The notes below the pieces were generated by a model that did no database searches, was not told the origin of the DNA, and saw only the letters and a list, made by a program, of their open reading frames with translations. This document shows positions 40,564 to 50,697 of a DNA stretch of 52,690 nucleotides, in pieces. Both the position numbers and the translations under genes were made by a program. Within the stretch, counting starts at the first letter, position 1. Every line of letters begins with the position of its first letter. Origin of the DNA: Candidatus Bathyarchaeia archaeon (GTDB taxonomy: Archaea; Thermoproteota; Bathyarchaeia; Bathyarchaeales; Bathycorpusculaceae); NCBI GenBank assembly GCA_049970895.1, contig JBMFMB010000010.1:1-52690 (forward strand), given 5' to 3'.

Positions 40564-41571
40564 CTACCTAATTCGTAATTGCTCCACTTCTTCCTTGTTC
40601 GGTCTTTCCACCATTATACTTTTTTCTAGGGCTTGTCTACCATATTTTACGTGCACTTTCCCAGTTTTCTGGTCTGAGTAGTAGGCTGTTAGTTGGGCGG
40701 CTTTTTCTATTGCTTGCCTTGTCTTTCGTCCTTGCAGTAGCGTTGTTGGGCTTCCGCATCCCTGCGCCTCGAAGAAGTAGTCGTTTCTTCCCTTAAGCCT
40801 CAAAAGCACCTCGTTCTCCGCCTTATTTCTTCCCACGATTATTTTGTTTTTGCCAAAGCGAAAGTGGCGTCCAACTTTAAGCAGTTCCAAATCCGCCATT
40901 GAAACTCTTTTTTTGTGTTGGAGTAGGTCGCAAAGCTTCGCCGAAAACTCCTTGTAGGTTAGGAGGCAACCGCCAGAAGGAGACTGATACTCTGTTATGC
41001 CATAAGCCTTTGCGAGGGCGATCTGCCTCTTACGGGACCTTCCACGAATATCCAAAAGCCTACTCCGGTCAACAAGCCTCAATTTTTCCGGCTCTGTTGG
41101 CGGCAGAAGCCTAGCTGAAAGCGGACGAAGAAGCCTACCTTTTAGGCTGGATTCCTCCTCCACAATTTTTAGGGCTTTAAGGTGCTGCGACATGGGACGC
41201 TCATCCAAAACCTCGCCAGTAACTATAAAATCGGCGCCAATTTCCCGAGCGTATTTTTTAGCCTTCCTAAGCATGAATATGCGGCAGTCAATGCACGGGT
41301 TCATGTGCCGCCCATAACCGTACTTTGGATTACGGACTATCTGCAGATAATCCAAGCCCAAACGCATAACCTTTAATGGCACACCCAACTTTTCAGCAGC
41401 CCTTTCAAGGCTGAAGCCATCCGCCTTTGCCGTGTAAAAAGGCGTAAGAAAAGCAATGGCTTCAACCTCTATGCCTTGCTCCTGAACAAGCTTTATGGCT
41501 AGGCTGCTGTCCAAACCTCCAGAAAATAGCGCCAGAGCCTTCACTTTTGCCTTAGCCTCGGCCTTTTCCAT
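40564..41571 (-). CDS. PP-loop tRNA sulfurtransferase (ThiI/MnmA-like) with DUF814-like C-terminus
   Basis: FSGGLDS, NPCIDCR, TGEV, SGGCLLT, GRHFR and VGRN motifs. Confidence 0.82.
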   Translation of the reverse strand: MEKAEAKAKVKALALFSGGLDSSLAIKLVQEQGIEVEAIAFLTPFYTAKADGFSLERAAEKLGVPLKVMRLGLDYLQIVRNPKYGYGRHMNPCIDCRIFMLRKAKKYAREIGADFIVTGEVLDERPMSQHLKALKIVEEESSLKGRLLRPLSARLLPPTEPEKLRLVDRSRLLDIRGRSRKRQIALAKAYGITEYQSPSGGCLLTYKEFSAKLCDLLQHKKRVSMADLELLKVGRHFRFGKNKIIVGRNKAENEVLLRLKGRNDYFFEAQGCGSPTTLLQGRKTRQAIEKAAQLTAYYSDQKTGKVHVKYGRQALEKSIMVERPNKEEVEQLRIR

Positions 41572-41624
41572 AGCCTTCCGCTTTTAGACGGTTTACAAGC
41601 CTTTATTTAAAGGCTGTTTCACGC

Positions 41625-42644
41625 TTATGTTCTATAGCCTCCGCCGTAGCTTGTTGTTAGGAATATGGCGTACATTATGAGGAGGATGGCGCCTTCCCTC
41701 CAGCTTATCCGTTCGCTGGAAAGAAAATACCACAACAAGAGGTTTGTTATGAGCGAAAACATGACGAGGTGGGAGAAAGCCGCCATATTAACCGCCAATT
41801 TCGCCCCCACCAGAGAAACGCCGAGGATACAAGTTATGTTTATGAAGCAGCTTCCAACAATGTTGCTTAAGGCAAGGTCCATGTGCCCCTTCTGAACAGC
41901 GGCAATGCTTGTCGCCAATTCTGGAAGGCTTGTCCCAAAAGCCACTATGGTGGCGCCAATAACAACCTTTGGAATCCCAAGACCGTCAGCAATGAAGGTT
42001 GCAGAATCCACGATAAAATATGAGCTTGCTACAACTAAGGCTATGCCAAAAAGCGCAAAAAACGTGTACACTGGAAGTTTTCGCCTTTCTTCCCCAAGGG
42101 AGCCCTCCTCCCTTATCTTCCTAACCCTCGAAAGCTGGTAAACATAAAATACGAAGATTGCAAGGAGAATTACGCCAATAACCCTGCTTGCATATCCAAT
42201 GTAGAGAAGCGTTAATGGGACGACGGAAGCCACAAAAAGCCCAAAATACAAGGCGCCAACCTCCTCCTTAGCCGTGGCTGGTGCCAGCTGCACAGCTTCG
42301 GAACTTTTCAAAGCCACTATGAGGAAACAAACGCCAAGGATTAGGCATATATTCACAATATTCGAGCCCAAAACATTACCTATGGCTACGCCTATGCTTT
42401 CCCCACCTATCGCCGCAAAAATGGAAACGCATAGCTCCGGCAGGGAAGTGGAAAAAGCCACAAGTATAAAGCCTATCGTCGTCTTACCAATACCAGTTAT
42501 GTCCGCAATTTTAACACTGTTGGTTATCGCCCAGTCGCTTGCCTTGTCCAAAACCACTAGTGAGGCTAAAAGAATAAGCGAATTGCCAACAAGCCCCAAC
42601 CCCTCGAACAAGACGGTCGAACCTCTTCTCCATATTTCAGCCAA
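41625..42644 (-). CDS. Sodium/calcium antiporter (CaCA/YrbG family)
   Basis: Two alpha-repeats, STSLPE...GNVLGSN and GTSLPE...SNIVGS. Confidence 0.92.
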   Translation of the reverse strand: MAEIWRRGSTVLFEGLGLVGNSLILLASLVVLDKASDWAITNSVKIADITGIGKTTIGFILVAFSTSLPELCVSIFAAIGGESIGVAIGNVLGSNIVNICLILGVCFLIVALKSSEAVQLAPATAKEEVGALYFGLFVASVVPLTLLYIGYASRVIGVILLAIFVFYVYQLSRVRKIREEGSLGEERRKLPVYTFFALFGIALVVASSYFIVDSATFIADGLGIPKVVIGATIVAFGTSLPELATSIAAVQKGHMDLALSNIVGSCFINITCILGVSLVGAKLAVNMAAFSHLVMFSLITNLLLWYFLSSERISWREGAILLIMYAIFLTTSYGGGYRT

Positions 42645-42719
42645 AATTAAAAGCGTTTTCCCTTATGAAGCCATGCCACGAGCACACGGGAAGAGCGGTA
42701 AAGTAAAAATCCTGCAAAA

Positions 42720-43565
42720 GTGATAGGCTTATGCATGCCTCAATATGAGATAATATTCCTAGGAACTGGCGGTGGAAGATTCACAACAATAACCCAGAAG
42801 AGGCGAACAGCGGGAATACGCATAATAGGCGAAAACCTAAACCTCCACCTAGACCCAGGACCAGGAGCACTCGTCTACTCCATAAGCGAGGGCTTAGACC
42901 CACAAAAGCTCAACGCCATTTTCGTTTCCCACTGCCACCCAGATCATTACACGGATGCCGAAGTGCTCATTGAGGCTATGACAAGAGGCATGACCAAAAA
43001 GCGTGGAGTGCTCGTGGCATCAAAAAGCGTCTTAAGGGGAAGCGAAGTCTGCGAACCATCCATTTCAAAGTACCACCAGCAAATGCTAGAACAAGTAATC
43101 GAAGCTGTTCCGAACGCGCGATTCCAAGTGGCAGACGTGGCGGTGGCAGTGGCAGAGGCAAGGCACACAGACCCAGATGCTGTTGGCTTCAAGTTTGAGA
43201 CAAAAGAGTTTGGTGATTTCGCCTACACAAGCGACACAGAATACTTCGAGGGAATAGGAAAATACTACAGAGGTGTTAGGCTGCTAATGCTATGCGTAAT
43301 GAGACCAGCCGGAAAACCATGGAAGGGGCACATGACAACAGAAGACGCCATAAAAATCATCCAAGAAACCCAACCAGAACAAGCAGTATTGACGCATTTA
43401 GGAATGCAAATGATATTCCAAGGACCAGCCAGAGAAGCCGAACTAATTGAGGAGAAGACTGGAACACCAACAGTGGCAGCCACAGACGGCATGCTCATAA
43501 TCTTCGGCGAAAAAATAGAGGTGCAAACAGCCAAGCCAAAACAGGGACTGTACAAATTCTTTTAA
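42720..43565 (+). CDS. MBL-fold metallo-hydrolase
   Basis: FLGTGGGR, DPGPG, SHCHPDH, SDT and LTH motifs. Confidence 0.9.
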   Translation: MIGLCMPQYEIIFLGTGGGRFTTITQKRRTAGIRIIGENLNLHLDPGPGALVYSISEGLDPQKLNAIFVSHCHPDHYTDAEVLIEAMTRGMTKKRGVLVASKSVLRGSEVCEPSISKYHQQMLEQVIEAVPNARFQVADVAVAVAEARHTDPDAVGFKFETKEFGDFAYTSDTEYFEGIGKYYRGVRLLMLCVMRPAGKPWKGHMTTEDAIKIIQETQPEQAVLTHLGMQMIFQGPAREAELIEEKTGTPTVAATDGMLIIFGEKIEVQTAKPKQGLYKFF

Positions 43566-43608
43566 GGCTTAAATGCGTTTTTCCTATCTCAAGAGGAAAG
43601 CTGAACAC

Positions 43609-44283
43609 ATGCGAATAGTGATAAGGCTTGGCGGTTCCGTTGTCGCCACACCAGTAAACACCCAACTAATAAGCGAATACACCAAAATTTTGAGGAGGCT
43701 TAAAGCCGAAGGGCACACGTTGGCAGTTGTTGTTGGAGGAGGAGCCCTAGCAAGAGAATTCATAAAAATAGCCAAAGAACTCGGTTTGGCGGAAAAAGAC
43801 CAGGATGATTTGGCTATTAGTGTTTCAAGGCTTTACGCCCAACTCTTCGCCAAAATGCTTGGTAGGGCTGGCTGTCAAAAAATCCCAAAAAGCGTTGAAG
43901 AGGCTACCAAATGCCTAGAAAAGGGGCGAATTGCAGTTTTGGGCGGCTTAAAACCTGGCATGACAACAGACACCGTCGCAGCCCTTTTAGCTGAGCGTAT
44001 AAGCGCTGACATGCTCATTAAAGCCACAGACCAGGAAGGCGTATACACAAAAGACCCGAGGAAACATCCAGATGCCGCAAAACTTGACAAAATAAGCTTT
44101 GAGGAACTGCCAAAATTCTTGGCTGAAAACAGGCATAGGGCTGGAATCCACCAAATTCTAGACCCAGAAGCCATAAAAATCTTGACGGCTAGGCGCATAA
44201 AGGTCCGAGTCCTAAATGGGTTTAAGCCAGAAAACCTGTTGCTGGCAGTTGAAGGAAAACTCGTCGGAACGTTAATAGAGTAA
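43609..44283 (+). CDS. pyrH: UMP kinase
   Basis: RLGGS, VVGGG, PGMTTD and GVYTKDP motifs; start set at ATG 43609. Confidence 0.92.
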   Translation: MRIVIRLGGSVVATPVNTQLISEYTKILRRLKAEGHTLAVVVGGGALAREFIKIAKELGLAEKDQDDLAISVSRLYAQLFAKMLGRAGCQKIPKSVEEATKCLEKGRIAVLGGLKPGMTTDTVAALLAERISADMLIKATDQEGVYTKDPRKHPDAAKLDKISFEELPKFLAENRHRAGIHQILDPEAIKILTARRIKVRVLNGFKPENLLLAVEGKLVGTLIE

Positions 44284-44340
44284 ATTTGATGGAGGAGTGT
44301 TTTCAAAAAGGCGTAATCTTTAAATAGTTGAGTCTCGTTT

Positions 44341-44366
44341 TATCGAATTTGATATCGATGGTGATA
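44341..44366. promoter_or_regulatory. Candidate PadR operator: two overlapping TATC-N6-GATA sites
   Basis: TATCgaatttGATA (44341-44354) and TATCgatggtGATA (44353-44366), between TTTAAATA (44319-44326) and the ATG. Confidence 0.5.
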
Positions 44367-44959
44367 TGATGTTCGACGAGCATGACGATTATCCCCTGCC
44401 TCCGCCTCTTCCGCCGTTTAGGCATTGGTTGAGACATATGGCTGCTGTGCCGAAGGGTTTTCTACGCTACCAAGTGCTTGAGCTTCTAAACGAGAAGCCT
44501 CTCTCCGGCTCAGAAATTATGAATGAGATTGGGAGGCGAACTAATGGCTGTTGGAAGCCTAGTCCGGGCTCTGTTTATCCGCTTTTGGCTTGGCTTCAGG
44601 ATAATGGCTACATCCGCGAGGTGCCAACTGAAGAGAGCGGCGTAAAGCGTTATACATTAACGGATAAGGGCAAAAGGCTTTTGGAGGAGCAGCGGAAGGT
44701 GCGTGCCCAGTTCCGTATGGGCAAAAAGCTTTTTGTTCCGTCATTGTTGGGTTCCCTTTGGCTGCGGATTCCGCCGGAGGAGGCTGAGGAGGTTAGGGAA
44801 GCCTTTAGGCGTTTGTTTAAGGCTTTCTTCAGCCTTGGAATGAGCCTTGAAGAGCGTTTTTCAGAGGAAGCCATAAAAGAGACTTTGAAGGTTTTGAATG
44901 AAACCGCCCAGAGGCTTGAGGATATTGAAAGAAAACTTCATGGTGGTGAGAAGGCATGA
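44366..44959 (+). CDS. PadR-family transcriptional regulator
   Basis: PSPGSVYPLL and KRYTLTDKG motifs. Confidence 0.92.
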   Translation: MMFDEHDDYPLPPPLPPFRHWLRHMAAVPKGFLRYQVLELLNEKPLSGSEIMNEIGRRTNGCWKPSPGSVYPLLAWLQDNGYIREVPTEESGVKRYTLTDKGKRLLEEQRKVRAQFRMGKKLFVPSLLGSLWLRIPPEEAEEVREAFRRLFKAFFSLGMSLEERFSEEAIKETLKVLNETAQRLEDIERKLHGGEKA

Positions 44960-45960
44960 CGGATGAAGTGATTAGGGCTGAAAACCTAACGAAAGTTTTC
45001 AACAAGAGCCTAGTGGCTGTTGACCACATAAACTTTAGCGTTCGCGAAGGTGAAATCTTCGGCTTTTTGGGACCGAACGGCGCTGGAAAAACCACAACAA
45101 TAAACATGCTGATAACCGTGCTTAAGCCGACCGAGGGCAAAGCCTCAGTGTTGGACTATGATGTTGTTAAGCAAGCCAACGAGGTTAGGAAAGTTATCGG
45201 TGTTGTGCCCCAAGAGTATACAGCTGATGAGGATTTGACAGGCTATGAGAATGTCATGCTCTGCGCCGACTTGTACGGGATTCCCCGCGAAATAGCCAAG
45301 AAACGCGCCTTGGAACTTCTGGAGCTCGTGGAGTTAACGGAGTTTAAGGACAAGCGGGTTGAAACCTACTCTGGCGGAATGCGTCGGAGGCTTGAGCTCG
45401 CATGTGGATTGATTAATAGGCCTAAAGTGCTGTTTTTGGACGAGCCGACTTTGGGTTTGGATGTTCAGACAAGGGCTGCCACTTGGGAGTATATCCGACG
45501 TTTGAAGAAGGAGTATGGCATGACCCTTTTTATGACTACGCATTATTTGGAGGAGGCTGACGCCTTATGCGACCGTATAGCCATAATAGACCACGGCAAA
45601 ATAATTGTGACTGGCACGCCAAGCGAGCTTAAGGACAGCCTAGGAGGAGACATAATCACCATAGCCATAAAGGAGAATGCGGACGTAACCAGCGTAATCA
45701 AAAGTGTTGAGAACGTTAAGGACGTGAGAAATGAGAATGGCGCCTATAGGATTAAGGCTGAAAACGGCGAGTTAACAGCCCCCCTAATAATTGAGGCTTT
45801 GCGTAAAAGTGGCTATACGGTGACGAGGCTTTCGCTTACAGAGCCAACCTTAAACGAGGTTTATTTGGAGTACACTGGCAGAGCCATCCGCGACGTGGAA
45901 GAGTCCAGAGAATCGTTCATAGCCCATAGAATAACTTTGAGGAGGGCGAGGGGAGGATGA
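44956..45960 (+). CDS. ABC exporter ATP-binding protein (DrrA-like)
   Basis: GPNGAGKTT, YSGGMRRR, LDEPT and TTHY motifs. Confidence 0.95.
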   Translation: MTDEVIRAENLTKVFNKSLVAVDHINFSVREGEIFGFLGPNGAGKTTTINMLITVLKPTEGKASVLDYDVVKQANEVRKVIGVVPQEYTADEDLTGYENVMLCADLYGIPREIAKKRALELLELVELTEFKDKRVETYSGGMRRRLELACGLINRPKVLFLDEPTLGLDVQTRAATWEYIRRLKKEYGMTLFMTTHYLEEADALCDRIAIIDHGKIIVTGTPSELKDSLGGDIITIAIKENADVTSVIKSVENVKDVRNENGAYRIKAENGELTAPLIIEALRKSGYTVTRLSLTEPTLNEVYLEYTGRAIRDVEESRESFIAHRITLRRARGG

Positions 45961-46907
45961 GTGGAGCAACCACTGCAAACGAGTGCCGCCCAAGCCTAGC
46001 AAGGGGATTGTGGGCACTAACATACCGCGAACTCAAAAAGTGGCTTAAAGACCCAGTCATGCTTGTGATGTTTGTTCTTCAGCCCCTCATTTGGATGGGC
46101 TTGTTGGGTAAGTCCATGAATATTGGCGGGCTTTTTTCAGCCAACAACATAAACCTGCCACAGCAAATACCAATTCCAGGTAACGTCATCCTTTATCCAT
46201 CTGGGCTTCAAGGTGTAGTACTTAATGGCACAATGCTTGCACAAATGTTCGCCGACATGGGCTCAAACATAATGCAGAACACTTTCGGCGTTACAGACTA
46301 CTTCAGCTTTATGGCTATTGGCATGGTTTCAATGATAGTCATGACTACAACCATGTTCAGCGGCATGTCAATAGTTTGGGACCGACGCTTAGGCTTCTTA
46401 GACAAAGTGATAAGCACTCCAGTCTCGCGGGTAGCAATAATATTCGCAAAAATCCTGAACGCAACCTTTAGGGCTATGTTTCAGGCAACGGTGATTTTGG
46501 CGCTGGCTTACCTGCTGGGACTTCAATTAAGTGGCACCTTTACACTGCTTAACCTTTTAGGCGTCTACGCAGCCATATTCCTGCTTGGCGTTGGGCTCTC
46601 ATCAATTTTCATAGCTTTCTCCATAAGGTCCACTAGGATGGAAAGACCAATGCAGTTTATAAGCCTAATAACAATGCCTTTAATGTTTGCAAGCAACACC
46701 TTCTTCCCAACTAGGCTTATGCCAGACTGGATGCAAGCCGTAGCCAACGTGAACCCGCTGACATACTTAACAGACGCCATCAGGAGGCTTACGATATTGC
46801 CAATGGATGCTTCAGCCCTAATATGGGACTTCACATATCTAGGCTTGTTCGCAGCGGTTCTCGTCATAATAGGCATAGTGCTGGCATGGCGGTACCTAAC
46901 AAGATAA
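45957..46907 (+). CDS. ABC-2 type permease
   Basis: Multi-TM protein with DRRLGFL...STP and NPLTY; overlaps the ATPase stop. Confidence 0.92.
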   Translation: MSGATTANECRPSLARGLWALTYRELKKWLKDPVMLVMFVLQPLIWMGLLGKSMNIGGLFSANNINLPQQIPIPGNVILYPSGLQGVVLNGTMLAQMFADMGSNIMQNTFGVTDYFSFMAIGMVSMIVMTTTMFSGMSIVWDRRLGFLDKVISTPVSRVAIIFAKILNATFRAMFQATVILALAYLLGLQLSGTFTLLNLLGVYAAIFLLGVGLSSIFIAFSIRSTRMERPMQFISLITMPLMFASNTFFPTRLMPDWMQAVANVNPLTYLTDAIRRLTILPMDASALIWDFTYLGLFAAVLVIIGIVLAWRYLTR

Positions 46908-46920
46908 AAGGTTTGGTTGA

Positions 46921-47227
46921 GTGTCTGCAATGACAACAATTGTTGAGGCTGTAAACCTTAGAAAAGTGTACATGCTTGGCAAAATTCCCGTAAAAGCTTT
47001 AAGAGGTGTAAATCTAAAGGTTGAGGAGGGCGAATTCCTATCCGTTTTGGGACCTTCTGGAAGTGGAAAATCAACACTGCTAAACCTTTTTGGAGCCTTA
47101 GACAAGCCAACTGATGGGAAATTTTCATTGAAGAATTGATGTTTCAACGCTTTATGATGGGCAACTAGCAGATTTAAGAGCAGATTTAAGGCTAGGATAG
47201 GCTTCGTTTTCCAATTCTTCAACTTAA
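46921..47227 (+). pseudogene. Truncated LolD/MacB-type ABC ATPase fragment
   Basis: Walker [10 protein letters not shown], a frameshift, then IGFVFQFFN; signature and Walker B motifs are absent. Confidence 0.8.
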
Positions 47228-47328
47228 GCCCGTGGAAGCCCTAAGATATGAATAGGCAAACGCAACAGCCAGACGGACAAATTATATAAGCTTTGCTTTG
47301 AATATTTTAGCGCAGAGGAATTTGCCAA

Positions 47329-48738
47329 TTGGCAGAAGCCTTAAAAAGAACTTTAGGCATTCCAGTGGGCGACATATCCCAATTTAGAAGGAGACCAGTG
47401 GCAACCATCGCCATAATAATAGTTAACGTTGCCGCATACGCCATAACCTCCTATGAAAACTTCTTCTTAGAAGTTAGCGACTACTGGGTGAGCGCCGGAG
47501 GCTTCGTTCCAGCCCTAACGCCGATGCCCATCCAATGGTATAGGGTTTTTTCCTCAATGTTTTTGCATGCAGACTTCTTCCACATACTGTTTAACATGTA
47601 TTTCCTATACATTTTTGGAAGAGCCGTTGAAGAAGCCCTTGGCAAGTGGCGCTTCCTAGCCCTATACATGCTTTCAGGCATAGTCGCATCAATATTCCAC
47701 ACAGCCTTCAGCTTCATAGGCGGAGCCACAGCCTACATAATCCCAGCCATAGGCGCCTCAGGAGCCATAAGCGGAGTCCTAGGTGCATACTTAATCCTTT
47801 TTCCAGGCACGTCGCTGGTGATGGGATGGGGATTCCTATTCTTCCCAATATTCTTTAGGATGAAGGCTGCCTACTACCTTATCTTCTGGTTTGCAACCCA
47901 AGTTATTTACGGCTACGCGAGGCTTGGTGGAAGCACCGCTGTTTTCGCCCACGCAGGAGGTTTCATAGCAGGCATAGCGCTACTACCACTAATCGCCAAT
48001 AAAGAAAGGCTCATCCAATTCAGACTAGCTAGACAAGCCGCATTCCCAACATACGTGATTTTTACGCCAGCACCAGTCAAAAACGTTGGTTTAGGCTCCA
48101 CAACCAAAATAATTGTTGCGGTGCTTTTGGCTGCAATACTTTTCGGAGCAGCCTACGCCTCAACAGGGCTTTCCATCAGATGTGACGTGAAGGCGGCAAC
48201 AATCCAATATGCCTTTGAAGGGGCACCATACGTTGACTATGTTGGTTTTCAATTACCTTACATTGGAAATCAACTTGACAGCATATCATTAGACACCACA
48301 AGAATACTGTTAAGCAGGTTGTACAGCGTAGGGTTACTTTATAATGAAGCTAATGCCGGTAAAAACGTTACTTTAGTTAATCAGAGTTTCAAACTGCAGG
48401 TAAAAGTTGGCAATCGACCTATTCCAATAGACTTGAAGATAATCTACTTTGACGGGCATTACGACGGAGAAGGCTTTCTAAATTATGGTAAGGGTGAACT
48501 GGCAACTCAAATAATACACATCGAATATGGAATAATAACAATTAGCGACCTAGTAAACTACAACTTTGAATTATCTTCTCAAACGGTGAACCTCGCTTAC
48601 ATAACGCAGTATACTGGAATCATGTCTCTTGTGGCTACTGCGGCTGCCCTCAGCGTAACCCTAAAGAAGGATAGGGATTTAGCCCTTATAGGCGAGGAGC
48701 CAAGAAGGGTTTGGCATCCCTTTACGCCTGTTGCCTAG
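47329..48738 (+). CDS. Rhomboid intramembrane serine protease with C-terminal extension
   Basis: FLHADFFHILFNM, GASGA (catalytic Ser) and AHAGG (catalytic His). Confidence 0.9.
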   Translation: MAEALKRTLGIPVGDISQFRRRPVATIAIIIVNVAAYAITSYENFFLEVSDYWVSAGGFVPALTPMPIQWYRVFSSMFLHADFFHILFNMYFLYIFGRAVEEALGKWRFLALYMLSGIVASIFHTAFSFIGGATAYIIPAIGASGAISGVLGAYLILFPGTSLVMGWGFLFFPIFFRMKAAYYLIFWFATQVIYGYARLGGSTAVFAHAGGFIAGIALLPLIANKERLIQFRLARQAAFPTYVIFTPAPVKNVGLGSTTKIIVAVLLAAILFGAAYASTGLSIRCDVKAATIQYAFEGAPYVDYVGFQLPYIGNQLDSISLDTTRILLSRLYSVGLLYNEANAGKNVTLVNQSFKLQVKVGNRPIPIDLKIIYFDGHYDGEGFLNYGKGELATQIIHIEYGIITISDLVNYNFELSSQTVNLAYITQYTGIMSLVATAAALSVTLKKDRDLALIGEEPRRVWHPFTPVA

Positions 48739-48755
48739 TAAAGTTTAAGACTTAA

Positions 48756-49235
48756 ATGGTGATAATGCATGAGAGGGTTTACGGCGTGGTTCGGCGTTTT
48801 TATCCAAGCCAGCCCGTTGTAGGCGTCGGTGCAATAATAGTTTGTGATGGAAAAATTTTGTTGGAAAAACGTAAGGGCGAGCCCGGTAAGGGCAAGTGGA
48901 GTGTTCCAGGCGGTTTAGTGGAGCTTGGTGAAAGGGTTGAAGAAGCCGTTGTCCGCGAGGTTAAGGAGGAGACTGGCTTGGATGTGGCTGATCCGGAGCT
49001 TATCGACGTTGTTGACAATATTGTTCGAGATGACAATGGCGAAATAAAGTGGCACTTCGTCATAATCGACTATTTTGTGAGGTTTAGGGGCGGAGAACTG
49101 CGGGCGGCAGATGACGCAGAAGAACTCCGCTGGGTTCCCCTTGCTGAAGCCGAAAAATATAATTTGACAAAGACTTTTAGGGCTTTTCTCCAGCGGAATA
49201 GGGCACGCCTTGAAAAGCTTAACTCGTGTTCTTAA
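48756..49235 (+). CDS. NUDIX hydrolase
   Basis: Nudix box GGLVELGERVEEAVVREVKEETGL. Confidence 0.93.
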   Translation: MVIMHERVYGVVRRFYPSQPVVGVGAIIVCDGKILLEKRKGEPGKGKWSVPGGLVELGERVEEAVVREVKEETGLDVADPELIDVVDNIVRDDNGEIKWHFVIIDYFVRFRGGELRAADDAEELRWVPLAEAEKYNLTKTFRAFLQRNRARLEKLNSCS

Positions 49236-50697
49236 TTGGCGTTTCTGTGAAGAATAGGCGGGTCTCCCCCATAGTTTTTACGTCTAAAGCCCTTACTTTG
49301 ACGACTATTGGGAAGTCTTTCACAATTTTTCCCAGCACTAAGCAGTGGTGGGGCGGCAAGTCCATGGCTATGGATTTTACTGTTTCTGCATCTATGCGGG
49401 CTGCTCGGGAAACTGTTTCTAGGTCGTGTTCGTTGGTGAAGTTGAAGAGGAATATGTTGTCTGCTTGGCGGTAAATGTTCTCGCGTATGGTGTCCGGCTG
49501 GTTTGTTATGAATGTTGTGAATATGCCGTAATGGCGCATCCGCGTAACAATGTCGTCCCAGTAGGTTTCCCGCAGATAAAGGTGGGCTTCCTCGGCGAAT
49601 AGGAAAACAGCTTTCAACCTCCAGCTTTTCAGCATTTCCACAAGTTTTCCAAGGAGGTATTCCACCACCATCTGCCTATCAATGGTTGAAATGTCCTTCA
49701 AGTCTATGATTATGGCTCCGCCCCCCTCCCTAGCCTTTAATAGGCACTCTTCCAATAATGTGGCTTCCGCAATGTTGTCCGTGAAAAAGCCGGAATTAAC
49801 CATGGCATAGTAGCGTGAGAAAAGCGCATCCCGAACATTCTGGTTGCAGTGCCAGTTTCGGATGGCTTCCCCAAGCTCACTTAGCGTTAGAGCATTCCGC
49901 TCCCTCAAAGACTGCCATATGCGGCGGAACTCCCGGGCTGATGTCCCAGGCAAGTGCAAAGCGTGGATGAGAATGTTCATTAGCTCGTTGAGGTGGAGCT
50001 GTTTTAGGGCGACTTTAAAATTTTGCGCCGGCGTCAAAACATGGATTTTATGGTAGTAGGCGTTTCTTTTTCCGTCTGCCGTCATACCTAAACCAGCATA
50101 CTCGCCGTTTAAGTCTAGGACTACGACCGTGGCGCCGTAGTGGAGCAAAGCTGTTATCAAAAGCTTTGAAAGGTGCGACTTGCCGGTCTCCTTCTTCCCA
50201 GTTATAATGTTTAGCCGTCCATCCAAGGCTGAGGCGTCCACTGTTAAAAGCGAAGTTTCCTTAGTTGTGCCCAAAACTATCGGGAGTTTGCCATCAACCC
50301 TCGCCAGCTTGAGCAGTGTTGGAATTGGAAGCCTCCTAATGCTGGACTGGGAACGCGACGGAAGCCAAGAACTGCTCGGGCTTAGGCTTTCACCATTCTC
50401 AACGGTTGCGCGAATCTTGCATATTAGAAGCCTCGAATCCTGAATATACGTTATGTGGGGAGCTATCTCCAATGGGTCAACGTCCTCACCTTGAACTATT
50501 TCCCCTCTATATGGGGGACTGCGCAGAAGCTCTTCCAATACGCCTGGAATGTTGGCGAACTGTATGTCTATTATTTGGACTATTAGGGCTTTTTTGGCTT
50601 CGGCGTCCTCAACCAGCAGGTAGTCGCCTTTCTCTGCTGTTTCGTTTGGGAAGCTTAGGATTTGGACTATGTTTCCCTCTTTTTTATAAAGCCTCAC
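49219..50697 (-). CDS. HerA/FtsK-family (DUF87) ATPase
   Basis: N-terminal barrel-like region, Walker A GKKETGKS, DLNGEY, FAEEAH, RMRHYG and TNQP; start set at GTG 50697. Confidence 0.88.
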   Translation of the reverse strand: MRLYKKEGNIVQILSFPNETAEKGDYLLVEDAEAKKALIVQIIDIQFANIPGVLEELLRSPPYRGEIVQGEDVDPLEIAPHITYIQDSRLLICKIRATVENGESLSPSSSWLPSRSQSSIRRLPIPTLLKLARVDGKLPIVLGTTKETSLLTVDASALDGRLNIITGKKETGKSHLSKLLITALLHYGATVVVLDLNGEYAGLGMTADGKRNAYYHKIHVLTPAQNFKVALKQLHLNELMNILIHALHLPGTSAREFRRIWQSLRERNALTLSELGEAIRNWHCNQNVRDALFSRYYAMVNSGFFTDNIAEATLLEECLLKAREGGGAIIIDLKDISTIDRQMVVEYLLGKLVEMLKSWRLKAVFLFAEEAHLYLRETYWDDIVTRMRHYGIFTTFITNQPDTIRENIYRQADNIFLFNFTNEHDLETVSRAARIDAETVKSIAMDLPPHHCLVLGKIVKDFPIVVKVRALDVKTMGETRLFFTETPIKNTS

